From Candidatus Saccharimonadota bacterium (GTDB lineage Bacteria > Bacteroidota > Bacteroidia > Flavobacteriales > Blattabacteriaceae): a stretch of DNA of 32,000 bases. The stretch is from positions 1-32,000 of the forward strand of contig NZ_CP104096.1 of assembly GCF_033370915.1 (NCBI RefSeq). Direction: 5' to 3'. The notes under the pieces are model-generated. The model saw nothing but the letters and a program-made list of their open reading frames with translations. It searched no databases and was not told the origin of the DNA. Positions 1-8,129 of the stretch are shown in pieces (the first letter of the stretch is position 1; each line of letters begins with the position of its first letter). The position numbers and the translations under genes were made by a program.

Positions 1-3000
1 TTAATTAAATTTATTAAATTTTTTATTAAATTTTTTTAATTTTTTTTTATCAATTTTTTTCTTTTTATTTTTTTTAATTTTTTTAATTAAATTATTTAAA
101 ATATTTAATTGTTTAAATATATTATTTTTATTATTTTTTTTAAATTTATTAAATAAAGAAAATATATTAAATAAATTTAATATTTTTTTTAAAAAATTTA
201 ATTTTTTAATTTTTTTAAAAAAATAAAAATTATTTAAAAGTTTTAATAGTTTAAATTTATTATATTCATTTAATAGAGTAAAATGGTTTAAATATTTAAA
301 TAAATATTTAAAATGTTTAAATAATTTTAATTTATTTTTTATTTTTAATATTTTTAATTTATTTAATTTATTTAATTTATTATTTTTATTAAATTTATTT
401 AATTTTATATTTAAACATAAACCTTTTAATTCTTTTATTAATACATTTAATGATTCAGGAATTCCAGGGTTAGGAAGTTTTTTACCTTTTACAATAGCTT
501 CATAAGTTTTTTTTCTACCTATTATATCATCTGATTTAATAGTTAATAATTCTCTTAATATATTAGATGCTCCATATGCTTCTAAAGCCCATACTTCCAT
601 TTCTCCAAATCTTTGACCACCATATTGCGATTTACCACCTAATGGTTGTTGAGTTATTAAAGAATATGGACCAATTGATCTAGAATGTATTTTATCTTCT
701 ACCATATGACCTAATTTTAACATATATATTACTCCTATAGTAACTTTATTATTAAATTTTTCACCTGTTAAACCATCATATAAATCAGTTCTACAATATT
801 TTTTAAGTTTAATATATTTTTTATAATATTTATTAATATTTTTAATTGAAAAACCATTAAATACAGGTGAATAAAAACTTATTTGTTTTTTATATCCTAT
901 ATAACCTAATATTGATTCTAATATTTGACCTATATTCATTCTAGAAGGTACACTAAGAGGATTTAAAATTATATCTATTATAGAACCATCTTTTAGATAA
1001 GGCATATCTTCTTCGTTTAATATTTTGGCTATTACTCCTTTATTTCCATGTCTTCCAGACATTTTATCCCCTACTTTTAATTTTCTTTTAATTGCTATAG
1101 TTACTTTAGCAACTTTAATAATATCATTAGATAAATCCTCACCTATTTGATATTTATATTTTTTAATTTTAAATTTATTAATTAAAGACTTAATTTTAAA
1201 ATTATAATTATTAATTAATGAATTAATCGTTATTATATTTTTTTTATTTAAATCAAATAAATATATAAAATATTTATTATATTTTAATAATAATTTATGA
1301 ATTTTATTAATAAATTTCTTTTTATTTAAATTATTAATTTTAATATTATTAATTTTTAATTTACAATTTTTAATTATATTATAAATTTTTATTAAAAAAA
1401 ATTTATATAATTTTTTTTTTTGTTTATTAAAATTTAATTTCATTTTTTTTATATTTTTATTTAAAATTTCTGATTTTATTACTACACCATATAATGATGA
1501 ATGTGCTCTTAAAGATTTATCAATTACTTGATTAGCTTTATTTCCAAATATTAATTTTAATAATTTTTCTTCTGGACTTATTATTGATTTTTCTTTAGGT
1601 GCTATTTTACCAATTAATATATCACCAGGTTTTACATAAGTTCCTATTTTAATTAAACCATTTTTATTTAAATATTTAGTTTCATATTTATTTAAATTAG
1701 GTATATCATTAGTAAATTCTTCATTTCCTAATTTATTATGTTTTAATTCTAATGTAAACTCTTCTATATGTATAGAAGTAAATGAGTCATTTTTTATTAT
1801 TCTTTTAGATACTATTATAGCATCTTCAAAATTATAACCTTTCCAAGTCATAAAAGCAACTAATAAATTTTTACCTAACGCTAATTCACCATTTTTATTA
1901 CCAAAACCTTCACATAATATTTGATTTTTTTTTATTTTTTGTCCTTTTTTAACAATAGGTTTTAAATTAATACAAGTATTCTGATTAGTTTTTTTAAATT
2001 TTTTTAATTTATGTATATAATATTTTTTGTTTAAATTTAAATTATTATTAGTATAATTATATTTTATAATTATTCTATTAGAATCTACATATTTTACTAT
2101 TCCCTGAGATTTAGCGTTTATATAATTTCTTGAATAAAATATTACTTTTTTTTCTATACCTGTACCTACTATAGGTGGTTCTAATTTTAATAATGGTATA
2201 GCTTGTCTCATCATATTAGATCCCATTAAAGCTCTATTAGCATCATCATGTTCTATGAAAGGTATTAAAGAAGCTGATATAGATAACATTTGATTATAAT
2301 AATAATCTTTATAATTTATATTTTGTTTTTTAAAAAAATTACATTCATTATTTTTTCTACCTATTATTATGTCTTTTTTAATATTTATGTTATATGGTAC
2401 TATAATTTTATTAAATTCTTCGTCTGATGTTAAATAAATTTTTTTTTTACTTATTTTTCCATTTGTAATTTTATAATACGGAGATATTAAAACTCCCATT
2501 TTATTTATTTTAGTAAATAAACATAATGAATAAATTAAACCTATATTAGGGCCTTCTGGTGTTTCTATCGGACATAATCTACCATAATGTGAATAATTTA
2601 CATCTCTTACTTCAAAACTAGCTCTATCTTTTATTAATCCTCCAGGTCCTAATAACGTTAATCTTCTTTTATGTGTTATTTCAGATAATGGATTAGTTTG
2701 ATCTAGATATTGAGAAAAAGGACTAGTACAAAAAAAGCTATTAATTAAGGAAGATAATATTTTAGAATTAATTAATTTTTTAGGGGTTAAATTTTTTAAA
2801 TTAGAATTTAATTTATCTTTAATTATATTAGCTAGTCTTTTAAATCCTATATTAAATAAAGAATATAAATGATCACCAATAGTTTTAATTTTTCTATTTG
2901 ATAAACTATCAATATCATCAATATCATTTTTAGAAATAAAAAAATTAATTAAATTTTTAATTATAAATTTAATATCTATATAATTGATAGTCTTTAAATT

Positions 3001-3990
3001 AGAATTATTATTAATATTTAATTTATTATTTAATCTATATCTTCCTATTTTACCTAAATTATAATTTTTTTTTGAAAAAAATTTGTTATAAATAAAATTT
3101 TTAGCAATATTATAATTAGGTGGTAAATTATTATTAAATAAATAATATATGTAGTTTAAACTTAGTTTATGAGTTTTATATAAATCTTTTTTTATAGTAT
3201 TGATATATATATTATATTCTATAAAATTTTTTATTATATAAATTTTATTAATATTATTTTTTAATAGTAATTTAATATTATTAAAATTTATTATATTATT
3301 TTTTTTAATTAATATTTTATTATTTTTAATTATATCAAATGCATTTTTAGTATTTATTGAATTTATAACTTCTATTTTTTTAATTACATTAAATATTTTC
3401 ATTAATTTTTTTTCACTTTTATACCCAATTGCTTTTAAAAATATAGTTAAAGGAATTTTTTTTTTTTTATCTATTATTAGATATAAAATATTATTTTTAT
3501 TTAAATTGAATTCTAACCATGAACCTTTTTTAGGTATAATTTTTGCATAATATGATTTTTCCTTATAAATACCAAAAAATAAACCTGGTGATCTATGAAT
3601 TTGAAAGACTATTACTCTTTCATTACCATTTATTATAAATGAACCTTTTGATGTAATTAATGGACATGTACCTAAATATACTTTTTCTATAATTGATTTA
3701 TTTTTATAACTTAATTTTAATTTTAATATTAATGATATATTGTATGTTAATTTATATTTTATACATTCATTAATTGAATATTTAGGTTGTTCAATATAAT
3801 AATTTAATAATTTTAAAGATATATTTTTTTTTTTATTATAAATTGGAAAAATATTATTTAATATTTTATATAAACTATATTTTTTATAATTATTTAAGTT
3901 AATAAAATTGTTAAATGATTTTAATTGTGGTAATAAAAAATCTGGAAAATTAATATTTTCTTTAGTAAAATATATTTTCTTTTTATACAT
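1..3990 (-). CDS. rpoB: DNA-directed RNA polymerase beta subunit, with a 132-aa low-complexity C-terminal tail (nt 4-399)
   Basis: 1329-aa ORF. Motifs: GNERVIVFQIHRSPG, SQYLDQTNPLSEITHKRRLT, GRLCPIETPEGPNIGLI, GDKMSGRHGNKGV, QPLGGKSQYGGQRFGEMEVWALEAYGA. Lies directly downstream of rplL. The conserved core ends at ...ELKGLCLNIKL (about nt 400). TAA stop at nt 1-3. Confidence 0.95.
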   Translation of the reverse strand: MYKKKIYFTKENINFPDFLLPQLKSFNNFINLNNYKKYSLYKILNNIFPIYNKKKNISLKLLNYYIEQPKYSINECIKYKLTYNISLILKLKLSYKNKSIIEKVYLGTCPLITSKGSFIINGNERVIVFQIHRSPGLFFGIYKEKSYYAKIIPKKGSWLEFNLNKNNILYLIIDKKKKIPLTIFLKAIGYKSEKKLMKIFNVIKKIEVINSINTKNAFDIIKNNKILIKKNNIINFNNIKLLLKNNINKIYIIKNFIEYNIYINTIKKDLYKTHKLSLNYIYYLFNNNLPPNYNIAKNFIYNKFFSKKNYNLGKIGRYRLNNKLNINNNSNLKTINYIDIKFIIKNLINFFISKNDIDDIDSLSNRKIKTIGDHLYSLFNIGFKRLANIIKDKLNSNLKNLTPKKLINSKILSSLINSFFCTSPFSQYLDQTNPLSEITHKRRLTLLGPGGLIKDRASFEVRDVNYSHYGRLCPIETPEGPNIGLIYSLCLFTKINKMGVLISPYYKITNGKISKKKIYLTSDEEFNKIIVPYNINIKKDIIIGRKNNECNFFKKQNINYKDYYYNQMLSISASLIPFIEHDDANRALMGSNMMRQAIPLLKLEPPIVGTGIEKKVIFYSRNYINAKSQGIVKYVDSNRIIIKYNYTNNNLNLNKKYYIHKLKKFKKTNQNTCINLKPIVKKGQKIKKNQILCEGFGNKNGELALGKNLLVAFMTWKGYNFEDAIIVSKRIIKNDSFTSIHIEEFTLELKHNKLGNEEFTNDIPNLNKYETKYLNKNGLIKIGTYVKPGDILIGKIAPKEKSIISPEEKLLKLIFGNKANQVIDKSLRAHSSLYGVVIKSEILNKNIKKMKLNFNKQKKKLYKFFLIKIYNIIKNCKLKINNIKINNLNKKKFINKIHKLLLKYNKYFIYLFDLNKKNIITINSLINNYNFKIKSLINKFKIKKYKYQIGEDLSNDIIKVAKVTIAIKRKLKVGDKMSGRHGNKGVIAKILNEEDMPYLKDGSIIDIILNPLSVPSRMNIGQILESILGYIGYKKQISFYSPVFNGFSIKNINKYYKKYIKLKKYCRTDLYDGLTGEKFNNKVTIGVIYMLKLGHMVEDKIHSRSIGPYSLITQQPLGGKSQYGGQRFGEMEVWALEAYGASNILRELLTIKSDDIIGRKKTYEAIVKGKKLPNPGIPESLNVLIKELKGLCLNIKLNKFNKNNKLNKLNKLKILKIKNKLKLFKHFKYLFKYLNHFTLLNEYNKFKLLKLLNNFYFFKKIKKLNFLKKILNLFNIFSLFNKFKKNNKNNIFKQLNILNNLIKKIKKNKKKKIDKKKLKKFNKKFNKFN
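356..382 (-). repeat. 3 tandem copies of a 9-bp unit (aatttattt), encoding (NKL)n inside the rpoB tail
   Basis: Direct reading: aatttattt aatttattt aatttatta. Translated on the minus strand it gives NKLNKLNKL. Confidence 0.6.
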
Positions 3991-3994
3991 AATT

Positions 3995-4375
3995 TTATTT
4001 TATTTCTATAATTGCATTAATTGCTTTAAATTGGTCTTGTATTTTTTTTGCTTCTTCTAATTTAATTGATTTTTTAATTAAACTAGGCATATTATCTATA
4101 AATTTTTTAGATTCAGTTAAACTTAATCCAGTTATTGATTTTAATAATTTAATAACTGGTAATTTTACAGTGCCTATAGATTTTAAATAAATATTTACTT
4201 TAGAATTATTATTAGTTGTATTATTAGTAGTATTATTAGTAGTAGTATTAGTAGTAGTAATAGTATGATTATCATACTTAATTCCATATTTATTATCTAA
4301 AATTTTAGTTAATTCATTAATATCTTTAATATTTAAATTAACTAATATTTCAGCAATTTTTTTTATATTTTTCAT
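3995..4375 (-). CDS. rplL: 50S ribosomal protein L7/L12
   Basis: 126 aa. C-terminal domain KLPVIKLLKSITGLSLTESKKFIDNMP...EEAKKIQDQFKAINAIIEIK is typical of L7/L12. Position is between rplJ and rpoB. Confidence 0.9.
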   Translation of the reverse strand: MKNIKKIAEILVNLNIKDINELTKILDNKYGIKYDNHTITTTNTTTNNTTNNTTNNNSKVNIYLKSIGTVKLPVIKLLKSITGLSLTESKKFIDNMPSLIKKSIKLEEAKKIQDQFKAINAIIEIK

Positions 4376-4407
4376 ATATAATATAAATATTAATATAAAT
4401 ATAAATA

Positions 4408-4956
4408 TTAATTTATATTATTTTTTAATTTATTTAATAATATTTTATTTATATTTAAAATTTTAATTTTTTTATAATTAATTATAAAATTAATGAAATT
4501 TTTTATTTTATTAATTAATATAAAAATAATATTATTAATTAATTCATTTTTAGATTTTAAATTACATAATATATTTATAGAATTATCCCCATAATAATAT
4601 TTTTCATCAATATATGCAACTTTTAATATAGGATAATTATTATTTAAAATTTTATTATTTTTAATTATATTAGCTATATTCTTATAATTATTTGAAAACA
4701 TTATTGAATTATTATATTTTAATATAGGTGATAACTTTTTTAATATATATTTTTTTCTTTTAATTATTAAAAATTTTTTAAATAAAGTATTTTTTATTTT
4801 TAATAATTTTATATTATTATTATTACAATCTTTTTTAAGTATAAATAAATTTTTAGAATTAAATGTAGATATATCAATTATATAATAATAATTAAATTTT
4901 TTAAATAATTTATTAAGATTATTAATAATTTTTTTTTTAATATTTTTATTAATCAT
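4408..4956 (-). CDS. rplJ: 50S ribosomal protein L10 (divergent)
   Basis: 182 aa. The N-terminal pattern YYYIIDISTFNSKNLFILKKDC...IKLLKIKNTLFKKFL resembles the L10 signature (v.dy.Glt....LR......v.KNtL). Position is between rplA and rplL. Confidence 0.75.
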   Translation of the reverse strand: MINKNIKKKIINNLNKLFKKFNYYYIIDISTFNSKNLFILKKDCNNNNIKLLKIKNTLFKKFLIIKRKKYILKKLSPILKYNNSIMFSNNYKNIANIIKNNKILNNNYPILKVAYIDEKYYYGDNSINILCNLKSKNELINNIIFILINKIKNFINFIINYKKIKILNINKILLNKLKNNIN

Positions 4957-4957
4957 A

Positions 4958-5602
4958 TTATATTAATAATTTAAAACTTGGCCCCATAGTGCTAGATAAA
5001 TATATGTTTTTTATATTAAATAAATATTTATTTTTTAATATATCCATTTTATTTAAAATATATTTTAAATTTTTAATTAAAATTTTATTATCAAAAGATA
5101 TTTTACCTATAGTAATATTAATTATTTTGTTATTATTATTTTTAATTTCTATATATTTGCTTGATATAATTTGTTTTATTGCTTTATATGGATCATTTGT
5201 GATATTATTATTAGAAGGTATTAAACCTTTACTACCTAATATTTTTCCTAATTTTAATATTTTATTAATATAACTTTTAGTAGTAACAATAACATTAAAT
5301 TTAGTCCATTTTTTATTTTTAATTTTTTTAATATATTTATTACCTCCTATATAAATAGATTTATAATTTAATTTTTTTATTTTATCTCTTTGTTTTTTAG
5401 GTATAATAGCTAAAATTATATATTTTTTTCCATTTCCATAAGGTAATAATAAATTTTCTTTTATTATATTAATATTATTATTATTTTTTTTTTTATTTAA
5501 AATTAAATTTATATACATATCTATTGAAGAATCAAATTTAGTTTTATTATATTTTTTAATTATTTTAAATATTTTGTCTATATTATAATTATTATTTTTC
5601 AT
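4958..5602 (-). CDS. rplA: 50S ribosomal protein L1
   Basis: 214 aa. Matches include FDSSIDMYINL..., LLLPYGNGKKYIILAI and a C-terminal STMGPSFKL. Position is between rplK and rplJ. Confidence 0.85.
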   Translation of the reverse strand: MKNNNYNIDKIFKIIKKYNKTKFDSSIDMYINLILNKKKNNNNINIIKENLLLPYGNGKKYIILAIIPKKQRDKIKKLNYKSIYIGGNKYIKKIKNKKWTKFNVIVTTKSYINKILKLGKILGSKGLIPSNNNITNDPYKAIKQIISSKYIEIKNNNNKIINITIGKISFDNKILIKNLKYILNKMDILKNKYLFNIKNIYLSSTMGPSFKLLI

Positions 5603-6029
5603 TTTTTATTACATTTATCCCCATAGATTTTAATGTCCCTATTATCATAGATATTGCTGATGATAATTTAAAACAATTTAAATCTGGTAATTTATATTTA
5701 GCTAATTTTTCTACTTCTTTTATATTAATATTATTTATAATTTTTTTTTTAGGTTCTGATGAACCTTTTTTAATATTTAAAATAGAAAATATTTTTTCTT
5801 TTATTGTTTGTTTTTTTATTATAAAATCATAAGTTTTGTTATTATATACAGTTATTATAATAGGTAAAATTTTTCCTTTATATTTTTCAGTTTTTTTATT
5901 AAAATTATTACAAAAATCCATAATATTAATACCAACTGATCCTAATGAAGGACCAATAGGTGGTGATGGATTAGCCTTTCCTCCAGGAATACTTAATTTT
6001 ATTATTTTTAATATATTATTATTATTCAT
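5592..6029 (-). CDS. rplK: 50S ribosomal protein L11
   Basis: 145 aa. Contains the L11 core IKLSIPGGKANPSPPIGPSLGSVGINIMDFCNNFN. Confidence 0.93.
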   Translation of the reverse strand: MNNNNILKIIKLSIPGGKANPSPPIGPSLGSVGINIMDFCNNFNKKTEKYKGKILPIIITVYNNKTYDFIIKKQTIKEKIFSILNIKKGSSEPKKKIINNINIKEVEKLAKYKLPDLNCFKLSSAISMIIGTLKSMGINVIKNEK

Positions 6030-6040
6030 ATAATTTAAAT

Positions 6041-6535
6041 TTAATATTTATTTATATTATTAATATTTAATTCTATTTTAGTATTTCTTCCTAATAATTT
6101 AATAGATAATATAATATTATTTTTTTTAATTTTTTCAATTTTTCCTTTTATATTATTAAAAATTCCTGAATTTATTATTACATTATCACCTATTTTATAA
6201 CTATTATTATATTTATTTTTTATTATATTTTTTAATTCATTTTTATTAATTTTTAATGGTAATTTATTATTTCTTTCATTTAAAAACCCTAATATTCCCT
6301 TTATTTTTTTTAATATTAATAATATATATTTATTTAAATATATTTTAATAAACATATAACCTGGTATAATTTTTTCTTTATATATTTTTTTTTTACCATT
6401 TTTAACTCTAATATATTTTTTTGTAGGTATAAATATATATTTAATATATTTTAATAATTTTTCTTTTATTTTATTTATAATATATTTTTCTTCTCCATTT
6501 ATTATTTTTAATATATACCATTCTTTTTTTTTCAT
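6041..6535 (-). CDS. nusG: Transcription termination/antitermination factor NusG
   Basis: 164 aa. NGN-like start KKEWYILKIINGEEK and a KOW-like YKIGDNVIINSGIFNNIKGKIEKI. Position is upstream of rplK. Confidence 0.85.
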   Translation of the reverse strand: MKKKEWYILKIINGEEKYIINKIKEKLLKYIKYIFIPTKKYIRVKNGKKKIYKEKIIPGYMFIKIYLNKYILLILKKIKGILGFLNERNNKLPLKINKNELKNIIKNKYNNSYKIGDNVIINSGIFNNIKGKIEKIKKNNIILSIKLLGRNTKIELNINNINKY

Positions 6536-6544
6536 ATATTAATA

Positions 6545-6617
6545 CACGGATGGTAAGACTCGAACTTACAACCTTCGGTTTTGGAGACCGATGCTCTGCC
6601 AATTAAGCTACATCCGT
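6545..6617 (-). tRNA. trnW: tRNA-Trp (anticodon CCA)
   Basis: The reverse complement folds as a cloverleaf: acceptor ACGGATG/CATCCGT, D arm GCTTAATTGGCAGAGC, anticodon stem TCGGT/ACCGA with loop CTCCAAA, T arm with TTCGAGT. It is a GC island in AT-rich DNA. No CCA is encoded. Confidence 0.9.
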
Positions 6618-6640
6618 AGTTTTATTATTAAATTATTATA

Positions 6641-7819
6641 TTAATTTAATAATTCAGTTATTTTTCCTGCTCCTACTGTTTTTCCCCCTTCTCTAATAGC
6701 AAATTTTAATCCTTTATTAATAGCTATAGATTTTTCTAATTTTATAGTTGCATTAATATTGTCACCTGGCATTACCATTTTAATTCCTTTTTCTAGATAA
6801 ATAGTACCAGTAATATCAATAGTTCTTAAATAAAATTGAGGTTTATATTTATTATAAAACGGAGTATGTCTACCACCTTCTTCTTTTTTAAGAATATATA
6901 TTTGTGAATTAAATTTTTTATATGATTTAATAGTATTTGGAGTACATAATACCATACCTCTTTTAATTTGTTTTCTTTCTATACCACGTAATAAAATACC
7001 AACATTATCCCCTGCTTCTCCTTTATCTAATATTTTTTTAAACATTTCAATTCCTGTAATTGTAGTATCAATAATTTTATTCATTCCTATACATTGTATT
7101 TGATCACCTATTTTTATAGTTCCAGTTTCAATTTTTCCTGTACAAACAGTACCTCTTCCAGTTATTGTAAATATATCTTCAATAGACATTAAAAAAGGTT
7201 TATTAGTTTCTCTTATTGGATTAGGTATATTTTTATCTATTGTATCCATTAATTTATATATAATATCTATATATTTTTTATCTCCTTTTAATGCTTTTAA
7301 TGCAGAACCTTCTATAATAGGTACATTATTATAATTGTAATAACTTAATAATTCATTAGTTTCAATTTTAACTAACTCTAATAATTCTTTATCTTTTATT
7401 AAATCTATTTTGTTTATAAATACTATTAAATAAGGTACATTTACTTGTTTAGCTAATAATATATGTTCTCTAGTTTGTGGCATTGGTCCATCAGTAGCAG
7501 CTATTACTAATATAGCACCATCCATTTGAGCTGCTCCAGTAATCATATTTTTTATATAATCTGAATGTCCTGGACAATCAATATGAGCATAATGTTTATT
7601 TTCTGTTTCATATTCTATATGTGAAGTATTAATTGTAATACCTCTTTCTTTTTCTTCAGGTGCATTATCTATAGCTGAAAATTTTTTTTCTATAGCTAAT
7701 CCTTTTATTGATAATGCTTTTGTAATAGCTGCTGTTAATGTAGTTTTTCCATGATCTACGTGACCTATAGTACCTATATTTATATGAGGTTTTTCACGAA
7801 TAAATTTTTCTTTTGACAT
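6641..7819 (-). CDS. tuf: Elongation factor Tu
   Basis: 392 aa. Motifs: [51 protein letters not shown]. Confidence 0.98.
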   Translation of the reverse strand: MSKEKFIREKPHINIGTIGHVDHGKTTLTAAITKALSIKGLAIEKKFSAIDNAPEEKERGITINTSHIEYETENKHYAHIDCPGHSDYIKNMITGAAQMDGAILVIAATDGPMPQTREHILLAKQVNVPYLIVFINKIDLIKDKELLELVKIETNELLSYYNYNNVPIIEGSALKALKGDKKYIDIIYKLMDTIDKNIPNPIRETNKPFLMSIEDIFTITGRGTVCTGKIETGTIKIGDQIQCIGMNKIIDTTITGIEMFKKILDKGEAGDNVGILLRGIERKQIKRGMVLCTPNTIKSYKKFNSQIYILKKEEGGRHTPFYNKYKPQFYLRTIDITGTIYLEKGIKMVMPGDNINATIKLEKSIAINKGLKFAIREGGKTVGAGKITELLN

Positions 7820-7838
7820 TTTAAATTTATAATTTATA

Positions 7839-7911
7839 AGCGGAAAACGGGTCTCGAACCCGTAATCTTCAGCTTGGAAGGCTGACGCTCTACCAATTGA
7901 GCTATTTCCGC
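7839..7911 (-). tRNA. trnG: tRNA-Gly (anticodon UCC)
   Basis: Reverse complement: GCGGAAA TA GCTC AATTGGTA GAGC G TCAGC CTTCCAA GCTGA AGATT ACGGG TTCGAGA CCCGT TTTCCGC T. Confidence 0.9.
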
Positions 7912-7918
7912 AAAATTA

Positions 7919-8002
7919 TGGGGAGAGTAGGATTTGAACCTACGAAGATAATTAATCAACAGATTTACAGTCTGTCCTCGTTAACCACTTGAGTATCTCC
8001 CC
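7919..8002 (-). tRNA. trnY: tRNA-Tyr (anticodon GUA), long variable arm
   Basis: Reverse complement: acceptor GGGGAGA/TCTCCCC, anticodon stem ACAGA/TCTGT with loop CTGTAAA, long variable arm, T arm GTAGG TTCAAAT CCTAC. Confidence 0.9.
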
Positions 8003-8009
8003 AATATTA

Positions 8010-8082
8010 AGCCGATGGTAGGATTTGAACCTACAACAACGAGATTACAAATCACGTGCTCTACCGATTGAGCTACATCGGC
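8010..8082 (-). tRNA. trnT: tRNA-Thr (anticodon UGU)
   Basis: Reverse complement: acceptor GCCGATG/CATCGGC, D arm GCTCAATCGGTAGAGC, anticodon loop TTTGTAA, T arm GTAGG TTCAAAT CCTAC. Confidence 0.88.
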
Positions 8083-8129
8083 ATTTATTAATAATTAATA
8101 TAATATAAATATAATAATAAAACAAAATA

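Noticed and set aside
1-399. The idea that the rpoB tail is a fused or degenerate rpoC N-terminus
   Set aside because: None of the RpoC N-terminal hallmarks are present (Cys4 zinc finger, NYRT.KPERDGLFC.RIFGP), and the frame ends with TAA at nt 1-3. It is kept as a finding only as an RpoB extension.
4383-4412. A 12-nt direct repeat (ataaatattaat ... ataaatattaat) in the rplJ-rplL spacer
   Set aside because: It is low-complexity A/T sequence, short, with no inverted symmetry or structure potential. It is indistinguishable from compositional noise.
4989-6033. Plus-strand ORFs 4989..5273 (94 aa) and 5836..6033 (65 aa), antisense to rplA and rplK
   Set aside because: They are Phe/Ile/Leu-rich shadow ORFs. 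The antisense of AAA/AAT/GAT-rich coding sequence is TTT/ATT-rich and naturally poor in stops. They have no recognisable motifs and lie fully inside well-supported genes.
6545-6617. Possible UGA-to-Trp recoding, which is common in some tiny AT-rich genomes
   Set aside because: tRNA-Trp has anticodon CCA, which reads UGG only. Trp codons seen are TGG. TGA terminates rpsG, rpsJ, rplD and rplW in ATGA overlaps. All conserved genes are uninterrupted under the standard code.
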